The notes below the pieces were generated by a model. It searched no databases, was not told where the DNA came from, and worked only from the letters and a program-made list of their open reading frames with translations. A program made the translations under genes and the position numbers. A stretch of DNA of 64,000 bases from Eledone cirrhosa (taxonomy: Eukaryota): the NCBI GenBank assembly GCA_964016885.1, contig CAXHJY010000264.1, positions 186,001 to 250,000 of the forward strand, in the 5' to 3' direction. The first letter of the stretch is position 1. Each line of letters starts with the position of its first letter. This document shows positions 1-10,745 of this stretch, piece after piece.

Positions 1-1742
1 ACTTTGGCTAACTGTAAAGCCTTAATAATCCACCCATGAGGTACACTATCAAATGCTTTTTGATAGTCCAGCCACACCACAGTCATGTTTCTGCGATTCT
101 TTGTTGTTTTTTCCTGAATCATTTTGTTAGTTAGTAGGTGATCTATGCAACCCCACACCTCCCTCTTTCCACCAGCTTGCTCAGGTGTTATGATGTTGTT
201 GGTAGCACAGTGATCCTGTAAGAACAGGTTAAGGCACCCAGTATATAATTTATACATGATGTTTTGGCAGGCAATTGGGCGGTAATTTTTAGCAAGGGTG
301 GTTTGGCTATTTTGGGGAATGAGGAGAGTAGTGGCAGTTGATAACCATCTGGGCAGTTCTTGTGTGCCTTTAATGGTTTCTGTGAACAGCCGTATGAGAT
401 CTTGTCGATAGAAAGTGAAATTCTTCAACCAGTATCCTGTAATGAGGTCTGGGCCTGGTGATTTCCTATTCGACATTTTCTGTAGAGCTGTTTCCAGTAT
501 TGACCCATCTGTGTCATATTGTTTTGTCTGGACATGTTGGCAGTAGTCCTGTTCCAGTTCTTTTAGCCATTTAGTTTGTCTGTTGAATCCGTCATCCATT
601 TCCCATACAAATCTCCAGTAGCTCTCAACCTGTTCTTTTGAAGGGGTGTCGTTTACAGGGATTGAGCTTTTGCCACCGAAGCTGCGATAAACTGATTTAG
701 GATCTCTGGCAAACAATCTATTTAGCACTTGTCGTTTATGTGCTGTTGACTTATATTTTAGTCTTTCTGTTGTAGCTGTGAGTTGTTGTTTCAACTGGTG
801 TAATTTGGAGTTCAAAGTTTTAAATTTTGTATCTCCAAATCGTCTCTCTAACTTTTTTTTTAGGTCTTCCTGGTGTCGTGTGAAGTTGCTCTCTATGTTG
901 CATTTCATAACGACTGCGATGTGTGAGATACTTCGTCTCAGGGACAAAATTTTGCTTTTTAAATTTCGCATCCACGCTGGTTCAGGCTTTCTGTTTGTAT
1001 CTTGATTGCGTGGTTTTAGATGTGTGTTATATGATAGCAATGTGACAGCTGAAACATATAACAAAATATTAAGCGTTTCAAATGTCGTTTCTACACCTTT
1101 AGATCGTATAGCCTTCAGATAATTGCCAGCTATTTCGTTCACCGCTTCCAATTCCAATTTAGTGGGTTCTTTACTGATTCTGGTGTTGTATGGTCTGTCA
1201 CTCACATTAAGGCTGTGTATCTCTTGAAACATATCGTTCCATATCACTTGTAAGGTGTCCACAAGTTTTTGGTGTTCTGTTTGTACAGTAGAGTCATGAA
1301 TTTCAGCCTCGTTGTTGATGTGGTGACAATTACTACTAGAGTCAGCTGACCTTTCTCGCTGTTCTTCAGTGGAAGTGGGATGGATTTCAGCAAAATTGTT
1401 GGTGAGCTGTTCACTGTTAGATTTGGCTGGCCATTCTCTTTGTCTGTCAGTGGAGGTGGGGTGGTTGTCTACAAGGGCTGTATTTGTAGTATCACTCAAT
1501 TCCGTTAGATGTATCAATTTACATCTAATGATACGTTTTGCCTGTTCATTTAAATGCTTTGGAGAAAAGTCTAATTCTGGGTGTTTGGAGTTCCATAAAG
1601 TTTTTAGCCTTTGCATAAAACCGAACTTTTGGGGTTCAGATTGTTTGTATGCTTCATATAATTCTTTGTTAAGCTCGCAGCTCCACTGTATACAACGGTT
1701 GTAATTGCGATTTGGTCGAAGGAGACTTGTACTTTTTGCCAT
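1..1742 (-). CDS. R4/Dong-clade non-LTR retrotransposon ORF, N-terminal ~580 aa (N-terminal region and start of reverse transcriptase); continues past window start
   Basis: Manual translation from ATG at 1742-1740 (MAKSTSLLRPNRNYNRCIQWSCELNKELY) stays open to base 3. It contains KSPGPDLITGYWLK, KNYRPIACQNIMYKLYT, EQAGGKREVWGCIDHLL and WLDYQKAFDSVPH, and is collinear with the RT in the 4012..6081 ORF. There is no APE domain upstream of RT. It is absent from the ORF track because no stop lies inside the window. Confidence 0.9.
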   Translation of the reverse strand, partial: MAKSTSLLRPNRNYNRCIQWSCELNKELYEAYKQSEPQKFGFMQRLKTLWNSKHPELDFSPKHLNEQAKRIIRCKLIHLTELSDTTNTALVDNHPTSTDRQREWPAKSNSEQLTNNFAEIHPTSTEEQRERSADSSSNCHHINNEAEIHDSTVQTEHQKLVDTLQVIWNDMFQEIHSLNVSDRPYNTRISKEPTKLELEAVNEIAGNYLKAIRSKGVETTFETLNILLYVSAVTLLSYNTHLKPRNQDTNRKPEPAWMRNLKSKILSLRRSISHIAVVMKCNIESNFTRHQEDLKKKLERRFGDTKFKTLNSKLHQLKQQLTATTERLKYKSTAHKRQVLNRLFARDPKSVYRSFGGKSSIPVNDTPSKEQVESYWRFVWEMDDGFNRQTKWLKELEQDYCQHVQTKQYDTDGSILETALQKMSNRKSPGPDLITGYWLKNFTFYRQDLIRLFTETIKGTQELPRWLSTATTLLIPQNSQTTLAKNYRPIACQNIMYKLYTGCLNLFLQDHCATNNIITPEQAGGKREVWGCIDHLLTNKMIQEKTTKNRRNMTVVWLDYQKAFDSVPHGWIIKALQLAK

Positions 1743-1925
1743 GATGAGTTCGTCTATTCACTAATATTTCGTATTTATTTTTCAAAATAGTCGATGATCT
1801 TCTTTAAAAGTTTCGACAAAATTCTGTCAGAATCAAATTTAAAGTTATTCACAGCTTGGGTAATATTTCTTTTCAGTTAGTTTTTAATTCTACAACTGTG
1901 TTTTAAACGTTGTTCTTGAATCGTT

Positions 1926-2228
1926 TGAATCGAGAACAAAAAAAAAAAAACCGTTACTTAGTATATTTCTTTATGAATGTAATATAATATAACAACGCTG
2001 TATTTATATGTTAAAGTTTATGTATCATTCATATAAATAGGTGTTCTACAACTTATTCACAACATATTCACAGTTCAAACACTTATGTTTTTGTTTCTGA
2101 ATCGAAAACGTTACTTGTATATTTCTTTATAAATGTAATATAACAACGTTGCATTTATATGTTAAAGTGTATGTATCGTTCATATAAATAGGTGTTTTAC
2201 AACACACTTACAGTTCAAACACTTATGT
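1926..2228. repeat. Imperfect tandem duplication (two copies, ~130-165 bp) upstream of the R4/Dong ORF, possibly in its 5' UTR
   Basis: 1926-2088 and 2098-2228 share TGAATCGA...CGTTACTT...TATATTTCTTTAT...CATATAAATAGGTGTT...ACAGTTCAAACACTTATGT. Confidence 0.85.
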
Positions 2229-2287
2229 AGAATTATTGTATGTAATCTTACCGCGTAATGTAGCTCAACTTTTTCCAATATATGGTA

Positions 2288-3266
2288 CTAGCATTAAAGC
2301 CCGGCGTTGCTCGGGGTCATTAAGTTACCAAAGTTAGGTTGCACCACCCATTTTATGGCAGCACTTTTTTGTCTGCCAGGCACTGGGTGAATGAATTGCA
2401 GACCTGGAAGCAGGAGCTGCGCCAGCAGTGACAATTGTAGTTTCGCCTATGGATATTATCTCTGTGCAAAAAAGTGTTGAAATTTATTGTTTTACAGTAC
2501 TTGCGCAACACGCGCGTAGACGATGCCAGCCGAACAACAGAGCTGCGATGGAGTTGTTCTGCATGGTTGTCTGTGTGTTTTCTAAATTTAAGACAGTAGG
2601 GAGGGTTGTGATATGAGGGAGAGTTAGCTGTTGTTTCTAGCAGGTTTAGTGACCTCATAGAGGATATGTGTTTTCTAAATTTAAGACAGTAGGGAGTGGT
2701 GTGATATGGAGGAGAGTTAGCTGCTGTTTCTAGCAGGTTTAGTGACCTCATAGAAGATATGTTTTCTAAATTTAAGACAGTAGGAATGGGTGTGATATGG
2801 GGGAGAGTTAGCTGCTGTTTCTAGCAGGTTTAGTGACCTCATAGAGGATATTATTGTTTATCATTATCTATAAAAGGCAGATTGTTGTTGTTGTTGAAGT
2901 GAGTGTGTGTTTGGAAAAGAGGTTTTAAAAAAGATTTATCGCTTGTTGTTGAATAAATGTATCTGTTGCTTTTGAAACCGACAGTATCACCATCAAGCTT
3001 GGAAAGAGAAAGTAGCAGAAAGTATGAAGTTGTATAGATTTTGAATGGTAGTGGAAAGAGTTTAGCAGTTTAAATGACAGAGAAAAATCGTAAAATATTG
3101 AATTTTATCTATTTTTTGCGTAATTGTGGGTGAAATTGAAAAAATGAGATGTGCCAAGACGCAATCGAAACTATTTCGAATACTGAATTGTAAATTTCAA
3201 TTGAAGAAATTCTATATCGTAGATTTCTATAAGAAAGGAGCATGACCACACACTGAGCTTTATAGA
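2288..3266 (-). mobile_element. Non-autonomous Helitron-like element
   Basis: The minus strand ends CCCG-AGCAACGC-CGGG (hairpin, 2315-2300), then 8 nt, then CTAG|T (2291-2287), which is a canonical Helitron 3' end. A candidate 5' end A|TCTATAAAG lies at 3266 (less certain). Internal tandem repeats, no coding capacity. Confidence 0.65.
2574..2851. repeat. Three tandem copies of a ~92-bp unit inside the Helitron-like element
   Basis: TCTAAATTTAAGACAGTAGG starts at 2581, 2674 and 2765; each copy ends CTAGCAGGTTTAGTGACCTCATAGA(G/A)GATAT. Confidence 0.95.
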
Positions 3267-3340
3267 TTATGATGTTGCCTTCATGTAAGCCGTAATTACA
3301 CACGTCCGATTATCGGACACTGACCACAACGGTCGCCATT
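3267..3340 (+). mobile_element. Probable 3' end of a LINE/SINE (hairpins and GCCATT preceding an (ATGT)n tail)
   Basis: Hairpins GTCCGA-TTA-TCGGAC (3304-3318) and GACC-ACAAC-GGTC (3322-3334), then GCCATT directly before (ATGT)n. Same layout as the RTE 3' ends at 10714-10745 and 11401-11432. The 5' boundary is uncertain. Confidence 0.45.
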
Positions 3341-3444
3341 ATGTATGTATGTATGTATGTATGTATGTATGTATGTATGTATGTATGTATGTATGTATGT
3401 ATGTATGTATGTATGTATGTATGTATGTATGTATGTATGTATGT
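3341..3444. repeat. (ATGT)n microsatellite, 26 perfect units
   Basis: Direct reading. Confidence 0.98.
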
Positions 3445-5961
3445 TCTTCTGGTTTTATAATTTCACAAAGTTTTACCAATAGAGAGAGAGTCGGTTTCTA
3501 ACATAGACACAAGACTCTCTCATTGGAATTTACACAACATCAACTAGGTAGATATGTATGTATGCATGCATGTGTAGATATGGATGTTATTGTATGTGTG
3601 GATGTGTATGTTTTGAGTTGTATGTGTGTATGTGTATATGCTTTGTATCTGTACATGTGTATATGCAGTTATTAGATGCAAAATTTTTGGAATGTTTTAC
3701 ATATTTTTACTATTCCATTAATGGATTGTACTTGTAATTTCCTAACTAGTTGTCTTCTTTCTGTTCCTGTGAAGCCTAGCTTCTCAAGATTTGTATTGAG
3801 GCAGTTACTAACATATCCCAGTGACCCAATAATCACAGGCATAAATCTGAAGGTGTAATCAGGGTGGAGTATCTGCAGATTTTTCATCAGTTCTGCATAA
3901 ATATTCTCCTTTTCACTAATCTTTAATATTATATTAGCATTTGCTGGGCAGCTAATTTCCACTACTGTGCATGTTTTCTTCTCCCTGTTCCATATCATAA
4001 TATCTGGTCTGTTATGCCTGCATTTTATTGGGTTTTTTTACTGGAACATTCCACCAGTACTCTTTCATAATATGTACATGGATGTCTTCCACATTGTTGT
4101 AGCTTTTAATGTGTTTATTATCGGGGCTATCTTTTTTACGAACTGCATTGTACAGTGTTTTGGCCACTACATCATGCCTCATAGGTAGATAGTACCGCGA
4201 TGACATCTTTGGACAGCTGCTGATGACATGGGTGATATCCTCGATGTTAGTTCTGCAGAGTCTGCACTTGTTATCACATCTAGGTGTTTTGCCTGCATCC
4301 CTATCTCTTTTGTGAATCAGGTATTTCGTGTTAATCTCCTGTTCTTGGATTGCAAAAGCGTATCCTTCAAAGTGGGAGCCAATATAGCGGTTGTTGGTCC
4401 AAGATAGACTACTTTCCTTATCTATATTACTCTCATTCTGGAGCTTCCTGGCAACATATCCATGCATTACTTTTTGCTGATAAGCATGTAGTTTTTCATC
4501 CATGGATTCACTGCGATACTGCTGAGCGACATCTCTGGGTGTGAGTTTTTGATTATCACGCAGGGAATATCTCTCGAGGAGTTCCTTCCCAACTCTCATG
4601 ATCTTATCTGTTTCATGCAGATAGACTTGCTCGAGAAACGGGTTCCTACGCTTCGAGGTTCGTAGATGTTGTCGGAGAGATATGATGCAACATTGAAATG
4701 TTGTCTGGACTGATGTTAGGCCTCTGCTTCCCTGCCTACGTTTCAAGTAAAGGCGGTCTATGTCACTGTTGATGTGGAAGTTTCCGGTGTTGTTTAGTAT
4801 TTTTCGAGTTTCAACATCAACTGCTCGGATTTCGTCTATCGTCCACTCGAGTATTCCAAACGTTGGTGTTAGGACAGGCACAGCAAACACATTGTGAGCC
4901 ACTGTTTTGTTTTGCGTAGAGAGTTCCGATGACCAGATCTTTCTTAATCGGGTGTAGTATTCCCTGGTTACGCGTTCTTTATTACAGATACCATTATAGG
5001 ATATGTTCTCATCTATCCCCAGGTACCTGTAGCAGTCCTCATCAGATATCGGTGAAACAGTTAGGCCATTGATACAAATGTTGCTAGATTGGGCTGGTGT
5101 TTTTCCCCGCTTTACAGTCATGTTTGAGCATTTATCTTGTCCAAACTCCATTCCTATATCCTTTGAGAACGTTGTAACCAGGTCAAGATTTTTCTTCATC
5201 CCATCTATGTTCTTGGCATAGAGTTTCAGATCGTCCACAAAGAAATTATGGGTTAGGTTCGTATTTCTGTCCTCCTGTGAGCCAATGATGTATCCCTCAC
5301 ATTTCTTGAGCAGAAAGGACAAAGGGTTTAATGACAAGATGAACAATATCACAGAGAGACTGTCCCCCTGAAATATACCCCTGCAATATTTTATTTTATC
5401 AGTGAAAATAGAGTCCTCCCTCCCTGTCTTTAACTTTAGGATAGTAGCCCAAGAAGAAGATAGTTTCTCTATGGCTCTGACAATAATGTCTGGGACTTTA
5501 GCAAGTTGGAGGGCCTCTATCATCCAAGGGTGGGGAACAGAATCGAAAGCTTTCTTGTAGTCCAGCCAGACTGTAGTCATATTCCTCCTAAGTTGTCGCA
5601 CCTCCGACATCGCAGTTTTGTTGATTAGGAGTTGTTCAGCACATCCCCAAACCCTTTTCTTTCCAGCTGCTTGTTCATCTGTGATGATGTTATTATTTTC
5701 ACAGTGATCTTGGAGGAATAGGTTGAGGCAGGCTGTATACATCTTATACATCAGGTTGTGGCATGCAATGGGTCGATAGTTTTTTGCCAAGTGGGTGTCT
5801 TTGTTCTTGGGGACCAGTAACGTTTGTGCTAATGTCAACCATTCTGGTATAAGTGTATCTCCCTTAAGAACTTGTTGGTAGAGGTCAGTAAGATACCTCC
5901 GATAGAATATTAGTTTTTTGTACCAGTAGCCGACAATCATGTCTCTTCCTGGTGTTTTCTT
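3445..5961 (-). mobile_element. 5'-truncated R4/Dong-clade (RLE) non-LTR retrotransposon inserted in (ATGT)n
   Basis: RT, CCHC and RLE coding region 5961-3672, followed by a ~225-nt 3' UTR with a 9-bp stem (GAGAGAGTC 3484-3492 / GACTCTCTC 3513-3521). Both ends abut (ATGT)n. Confidence 0.9.
3672..5961 (-). pseudogene. R4/Dong RT-CCHC-RLE ORF, 5'-truncated with one frameshift
   Basis: RT motifs NYRPIAC, WLDYKKAFDSVPH, GIFQGDSLS and FFVDDLK; zinc knuckle CRLC-x8-H-x4-C followed by RHD. Removing one base from the T7 run at 4033-4039 restores PVKNPIKCRHNRPDIMIWNREKKTCTVVEISCP (PD..E-type nuclease), joining ORFs 4012..6081 and 3672..3998. Confidence 0.9.
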
Positions 5962-6029
5962 ATGTATGTATGTATGTATGTATGTATGTATGTATGTATG
6001 TATGTATGTATGTATGTATGTATGTATGT
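5962..6029. repeat. (ATGT)n microsatellite between the head-to-head Dong and RTE elements
   Basis: 17 perfect units. Confidence 0.98.
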
Positions 6030-9000
6030 TCTGGAACAAAAAAGATAATTGGCAATAAGGGCAGGGGTCCCAGGTTATCACAGCCTAGGCCTGCTCGTCA
6101 TCGTGCCATTGTAACAGAGCCGAACAAGGCATTTAGTCTTGGCTGCTGGAACGTACGGACGCTGCTTGACAGGGATTTCTTGGAGCGTCCTGAACGAAGG
6201 ACCACTCTTGTTGCAAAGGAGCTTCGACGTTACGATCTTGACATCGTAGCTTTATCTGAGACGAGGTTAGATGGAGATGGTCATCTTACAGAATTTTTTG
6301 GAGAATATACATTCTTCTGGAAAGGAAGAGATGAAGGAACCAGAAGAGAGGCTGGGGTAGGATTTGCTGTAAGACTGTACTTGTGAATAAATTAGAAGAA
6401 TTCCCAGTAGGGATTAGTGAGCGTCTTATGTCCATGAGAGTTCCGCTGGACAAAGGAAGATATGCGACCCTGGTGAGTGTGTATGCTCCAACATGAATTC
6501 TGTCGATGAAGAAAAAGTGTCCTTTTACCATGCCTTGAAAGGTGTTTTAAGAAATATCCCTCAGGCAGACAAAGTCATCGTGCTTGGTGACTTTAATGCT
6601 AGAGTGGGTAGAGATTTTAGCACATGGAATATAATCGGAAGGCATGGGGTGGGAAAGTGTAACAACAATGGTATGCTCCTGCTGCAGATGTGTGAGGAGC
6701 TGGATCTGTGTGTTACCAACACCATATTCCAACAAAAGAACAAATTCAAGACCACATGGTTGCATCCTGCATCTAAGGAATGGCATCTTTTGGACTACGT
6801 CCTAGTCAGGATGCGTGACAGACAGGATGTGCAGTGTGTTCGTGCTCTTCGTGGAGCTGAGTGCTGGACGGACCACCGCCTGGTACGCGCAAAAGTGAAA
6901 CTAATCACTAAACGTAAAATCCGGGCTCCTGGTGTTGCCCTGCCCAAAAGATTGAATGCTGCTCGTCTTAAGGATAAAAATGTGAAGAGGACATTGGAAG
7001 AAGAGATGCAGGCTGCAGATCTTGGTGAGGATTGGCCGACCCTTAAAAAGTCGGTTTATTATGTAGGCAGGCGTGTTCTGGGATTGGTGCAGAGAAAACA
7101 TCAGGACTGGTTTAATGAGAATGATGTACATATAGAAGATTTGTTGGCTGATAAGTGGCGTGCTCTGTCACGCTACTTGACGGCAAAACCACAGGAGAGG
7201 AATACGTTGCATGAGGAACTCAAGGATGTTAAATCACGTGTTAGGCGGAGTCTTTCTCAGATGAAGGATCAGTGGTGGAGTGAGAAGGCTGGTGAGATAC
7301 AAACTGCGTCAGATTCCAATAACACAAAGCTGTTGTACAGTCTCTTGCATGGAGTTTATGGACCGTCTTCTTCTCTGGTGACACCGCTTCGCAGCAAGGA
7401 TGGCAAAGAATTTCTTCGTGACTCACAAGGAATTCTACGAAGGTGGCGAGAGCACTTTGATGATCTTTTGAATCAGCCGTCTGTCGTCAGTGAAGATTTC
7501 CTCAATCTCATTCCAGAAAGTCCTGTGAAAGTAGCTCTCCCAGAACCTCCGACGCTGGTAGAGGTTGCAGTGGCTATTTCGAAGCTGAACAGTGAAAGGT
7601 CTCCAGGTATGGATGGTATACATGCAGAGCACCTACAATATGGTGGTGAGAGACTCCTGCAACATCTTCACTCTTTGTTTAGCAGGATATGGGCTAATGA
7701 ATCCGTGCCTGAGGACTGGAGAGATGCAGTAATGGTGGTCTTGTACAAAGGAAAGGGTAACAGGAATGATTGTGGGAACTACAGAGGTATATCATTGCTT
7801 TCTGTCGTAGGGAAAGTTTTATGTAGGGTGCTTCTGGACCGTCTGTTGACACACATTGCAGATTGTGTTCTTCCTGAAAGTCAATCTGGTTTTCCTGCTG
7901 GACGCGGCACTACTGATATGATCTTCTCAGCTAGACAGCTCCTGGAGAAGTACATGGAACAAGGCTTGGATCTGTATCAGGTTTTTGTCGATCTGACAAA
8001 AGCTTTCGATACTGTTAACAGAGATGCATTATGGAAGGTTCTCCAGAAACGTGGTTGCCCTGATAAGTTCCTTGCTTTAGTTAGGTCTTTCCATGACGAC
8101 ATGAAGGCTTGGGTTAATGTCGGAGGTAACATGTCGGAGCCTATCTCAGTAAAAAATGGAGTGAAACAGGGGGATATTCCAGCACCGACTCTGTTTGCCA
8201 TATACTTTGCAATGGTTTTCAGGAATTGCGAGCATGGTGTTTACATCCGATATCGAACCTCAGGCAGCATATTTAACATCAGGCGCTTTGCTGCAAAGAC
8301 AAAAGTATTTACATCAATCATAAGAGACCTCTTGTATGCAGATGATTGCGATCTTATAGCGCACACAGAGAGTGATATGCAGCACATTTTGAATACATTT
8401 TCTGACGCTTGCACTGCCCTAGGATTGACTGTCAGTCTCAAGAAAACCGTCGTCATGTACCAACCTGCTCCTGGTAAGCAGTACACTCAACCAAATATCT
8501 ATGTGTCTGGTAAACGACTTGGAGTGGTTGATCAGTTTGTCTACCTGGGAAGCACTGTCAATCGATACAGCAACCTTGATAGTGAAATCTCACTTAGGAT
8601 TAGGAAAGCAAGTGATGCTTTCGGAAAGCTAGAAAGGCGACTCTGGGGTCGGCGAGACATATGCAGGAGGACAAAGGTAAAGGTGTACAGGGCATGTGTG
8701 CTCTCTTGTCTTCTTTATGCCTGCGAGACCTGGGTCACATATCGACACCACCTTAAGCAATTGGAGCGTTTCCATCAGATGTGTCTCAGACGGATCCATG
8801 GCGTTCACTGGAGGGACCACATAGTGATGTCGAGATTTTGGAAAGCTCTATGTGTGACAGTATAGAAGCTCTTGTGCTTAAGCAACGACTCCGTTGGAGT
8901 GGTCACCTTGCCAGGATGAAGGATTCTAGAATACCAAAACAACTCTTTTATGGAGAGTTGGTTAAAGGAAAACGACCGCCACATAAACCAAAAAAGAGGT

Positions 9001-9515
9001 ATAAGGATTCCTTGAAAGCATCTCTGAAAGACGCTAACATCTCTGCTGATACATGGGAAAATATTGCTGCTGATCGTAATAAATGGAGAAAGACTGTATA
9101 TGAGGGAAAAGTTGCCTTTGAGGCATCTCGAATCGCATACGAGAAAGTAAAGCGGGATGTGAGGAAGGGCATTGCTGTTGCACTTCCAGACGGCAAAGGC
9201 CCTCCTATGGCGCTGACATGCAGCGTCTGTGCGAGACTCTGCCTAAGCAAAGCTGGACTCGAAAGTCATCTTCGCAGTCATAAAGTAAGACCAGTGGTTG
9301 ACTACCAGGCTGCTGTTGGAGATACTACTCATCATGCTTGCCAAACATGTGGTAGAGAATGTAAATCAGCAGGAGGGCTCAAGCGACATGCAAAAGTACA
9401 TGAACTCCAACCACGGCCGACTATTCCCAGTGAATGTTTTGGTTGCCGACTCTGTGCAAGACATTTTAGATCACTGGGTGGGCTAAAAAGCCACATTCGA
9501 TCGCAGCGCTGTTAG
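6030..9515 (+). pseudogene. RTE-clade LINE ORF (APE endonuclease, RT, three C-terminal C2H2-type zinc fingers) with three frameshifts
   Basis: APE motifs WNVRTL, DIVALSETRL, GVGFAV, VSVYAPT, LGDFNARVG, LDYVLV and TDHRLV; RT motifs NYRGISLLS, FVDLTKAFDTV, GVKQGD and LLYADD; post-RT motif RLRWSGHL..RIPKQLFYGEL. Frameshifts near 6372, 6492 and 8822 link ORFs 5952..6386, 6493..8865 and 8781..9515. Confidence 0.92.
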
Positions 9516-9523
9516 TTGCTATC

Positions 9524-9616
9524 GTGTGTGTGTATAGATATGTTTATGTGTGCGTGTATGTGTATATATATATATGTATATGTATATTATTATTGTTGTT
9601 GTCGTTATTATTATTG

Positions 9617-9666
<50 letters not shown>

Positions 9667-9805
9667 GTTATTAATGTATATGTGTGTGTGTATATATGTG
9701 TGTGTATATATGTATATGTATATGTGTATATATATATATATGTATATATATATATAGTTATGTAATAAACAACATAAGGCAATTATTTCATTTACCAGTG
9801 GTTTC

Positions 9806-9839
<34 letters not shown>
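9524..9839. repeat. Compound microsatellite block (GT/AT)n, (TTA/TTG)n, (TA)n
   Basis: Direct reading; source of the low-complexity ORFs at 9519-9909. Confidence 0.95.
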
Positions 9840-9843
<4 letters not shown>

Positions 9844-10591
9844 GACAGGGGGGGGGGGAAATGGCTTCACTTGTGCTTTCAACAAATTTATTTTCTTCAC
9901 AAAATCCAAAAAGAATATTTTTCCGGATTAGAAAAAAATTTTTTTTCAAATTAAGTTAGGTCTTAGGATGGGGTGTGCCTATATATTCTTACATATGCCC
10001 GTGTGTGTATGTACGTATATACGCACATATGTGTGTGTTGAACAAAGGACTAATTTTGGGATGGACGTAGAAAAATTCTTCAGAAAAAAATAATTGTTTA
10101 CAAACTTGGCAGGTGCGATTTGCCTGTGACCATTCTCAACACAAAGGAATCCCCTGAATAAAGGAATTTTTCGAGAATGACCGGGGCAGGCCGCACTTGC
10201 TACATTTCTTCCCATCCAACCCTACTCACCGTCTCAACTCATTACTGCTATTAACACTTTTTCAACACACCTACACCCATACACTTATTAAAAAGGGGGA
10301 GAAAAAAAAACCCACCACACCACAGACATGTCAAATCCCTATATATAGAACAACACACCACATACACATCAGTTTGACAAGCGCACCTCAGCGTGAAAGG
10401 TCGTTCTAAAAACGAAACAATACCTCCTACGTTAACCAAGAACTCCTAAGACCTAACTTAATTTATAAAACAATTTTTTTTAAGAAAAAAATGTTTTTTC
10501 TAATCCGGAAAAAAATTCTTTTTGGATTTTGTGAAGAAAATAAATTTGTTGAAAGCACAAGTGAAGCCATTCTTCTCCCCCCCCCCCTGTC
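9844..10591. mobile_element. MITE (~750 bp) with ~125-150-bp terminal inverted repeats and TTAA flanks; Kolobok-like termini
   Basis: TTAA|GACAGGGG...AATGGCTTCACTTGTGCTTTCAACAAATTTATTTTCTTCACAAAATCCAAAAAGAAT...TTAAGTTAGGTCTTAGGA (9844-9968) is the reverse complement of 10444-10591 (...CCCCTGTC|TTAA). A TTAA TSD with RR..YY ends fits Kolobok; the superfamily call is inferred. Confidence 0.85.
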
Positions 10592-10745
10592 TTAATATAC
10601 CTAACTGTACCAAGGATTACACACATTTTCCAATATATATAAATATATATATATTCCTTTTTTTATTTTTATTTTTTTAAATTTATTTATTAATTTTTTT
10701 TCTCCTCGTGCAATGGCCATACTCGATAACGAGGGGGCAGCCATC

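Noticed and set aside
1743-2287. Ribozyme or defined 5' boundary for the first Dong element
   Set aside because: AT-rich sequence with no HDV or hammerhead core recognisable by eye, and no TSD or target repeat visible.
2574-2851. CRISPR-like array
   Set aside because: Units are contiguous tandem copies without unique spacers; no cas genes; eukaryotic context.
5952-6081. N-terminal extensions of ORFs 4012..6081 (-) and 5952..6386 (+) across the microsatellite
   Set aside because: HTYI/MYVC runs are translations of (ATGT)n read through by chance between two unrelated elements.
778-9250. Small ORFs antisense to or overlapping the retrotransposon ORFs, and ORF 2353..2751
   Set aside because: Shadow frames of RT-coding DNA or of the 92-bp repeat; no recognisable motifs.
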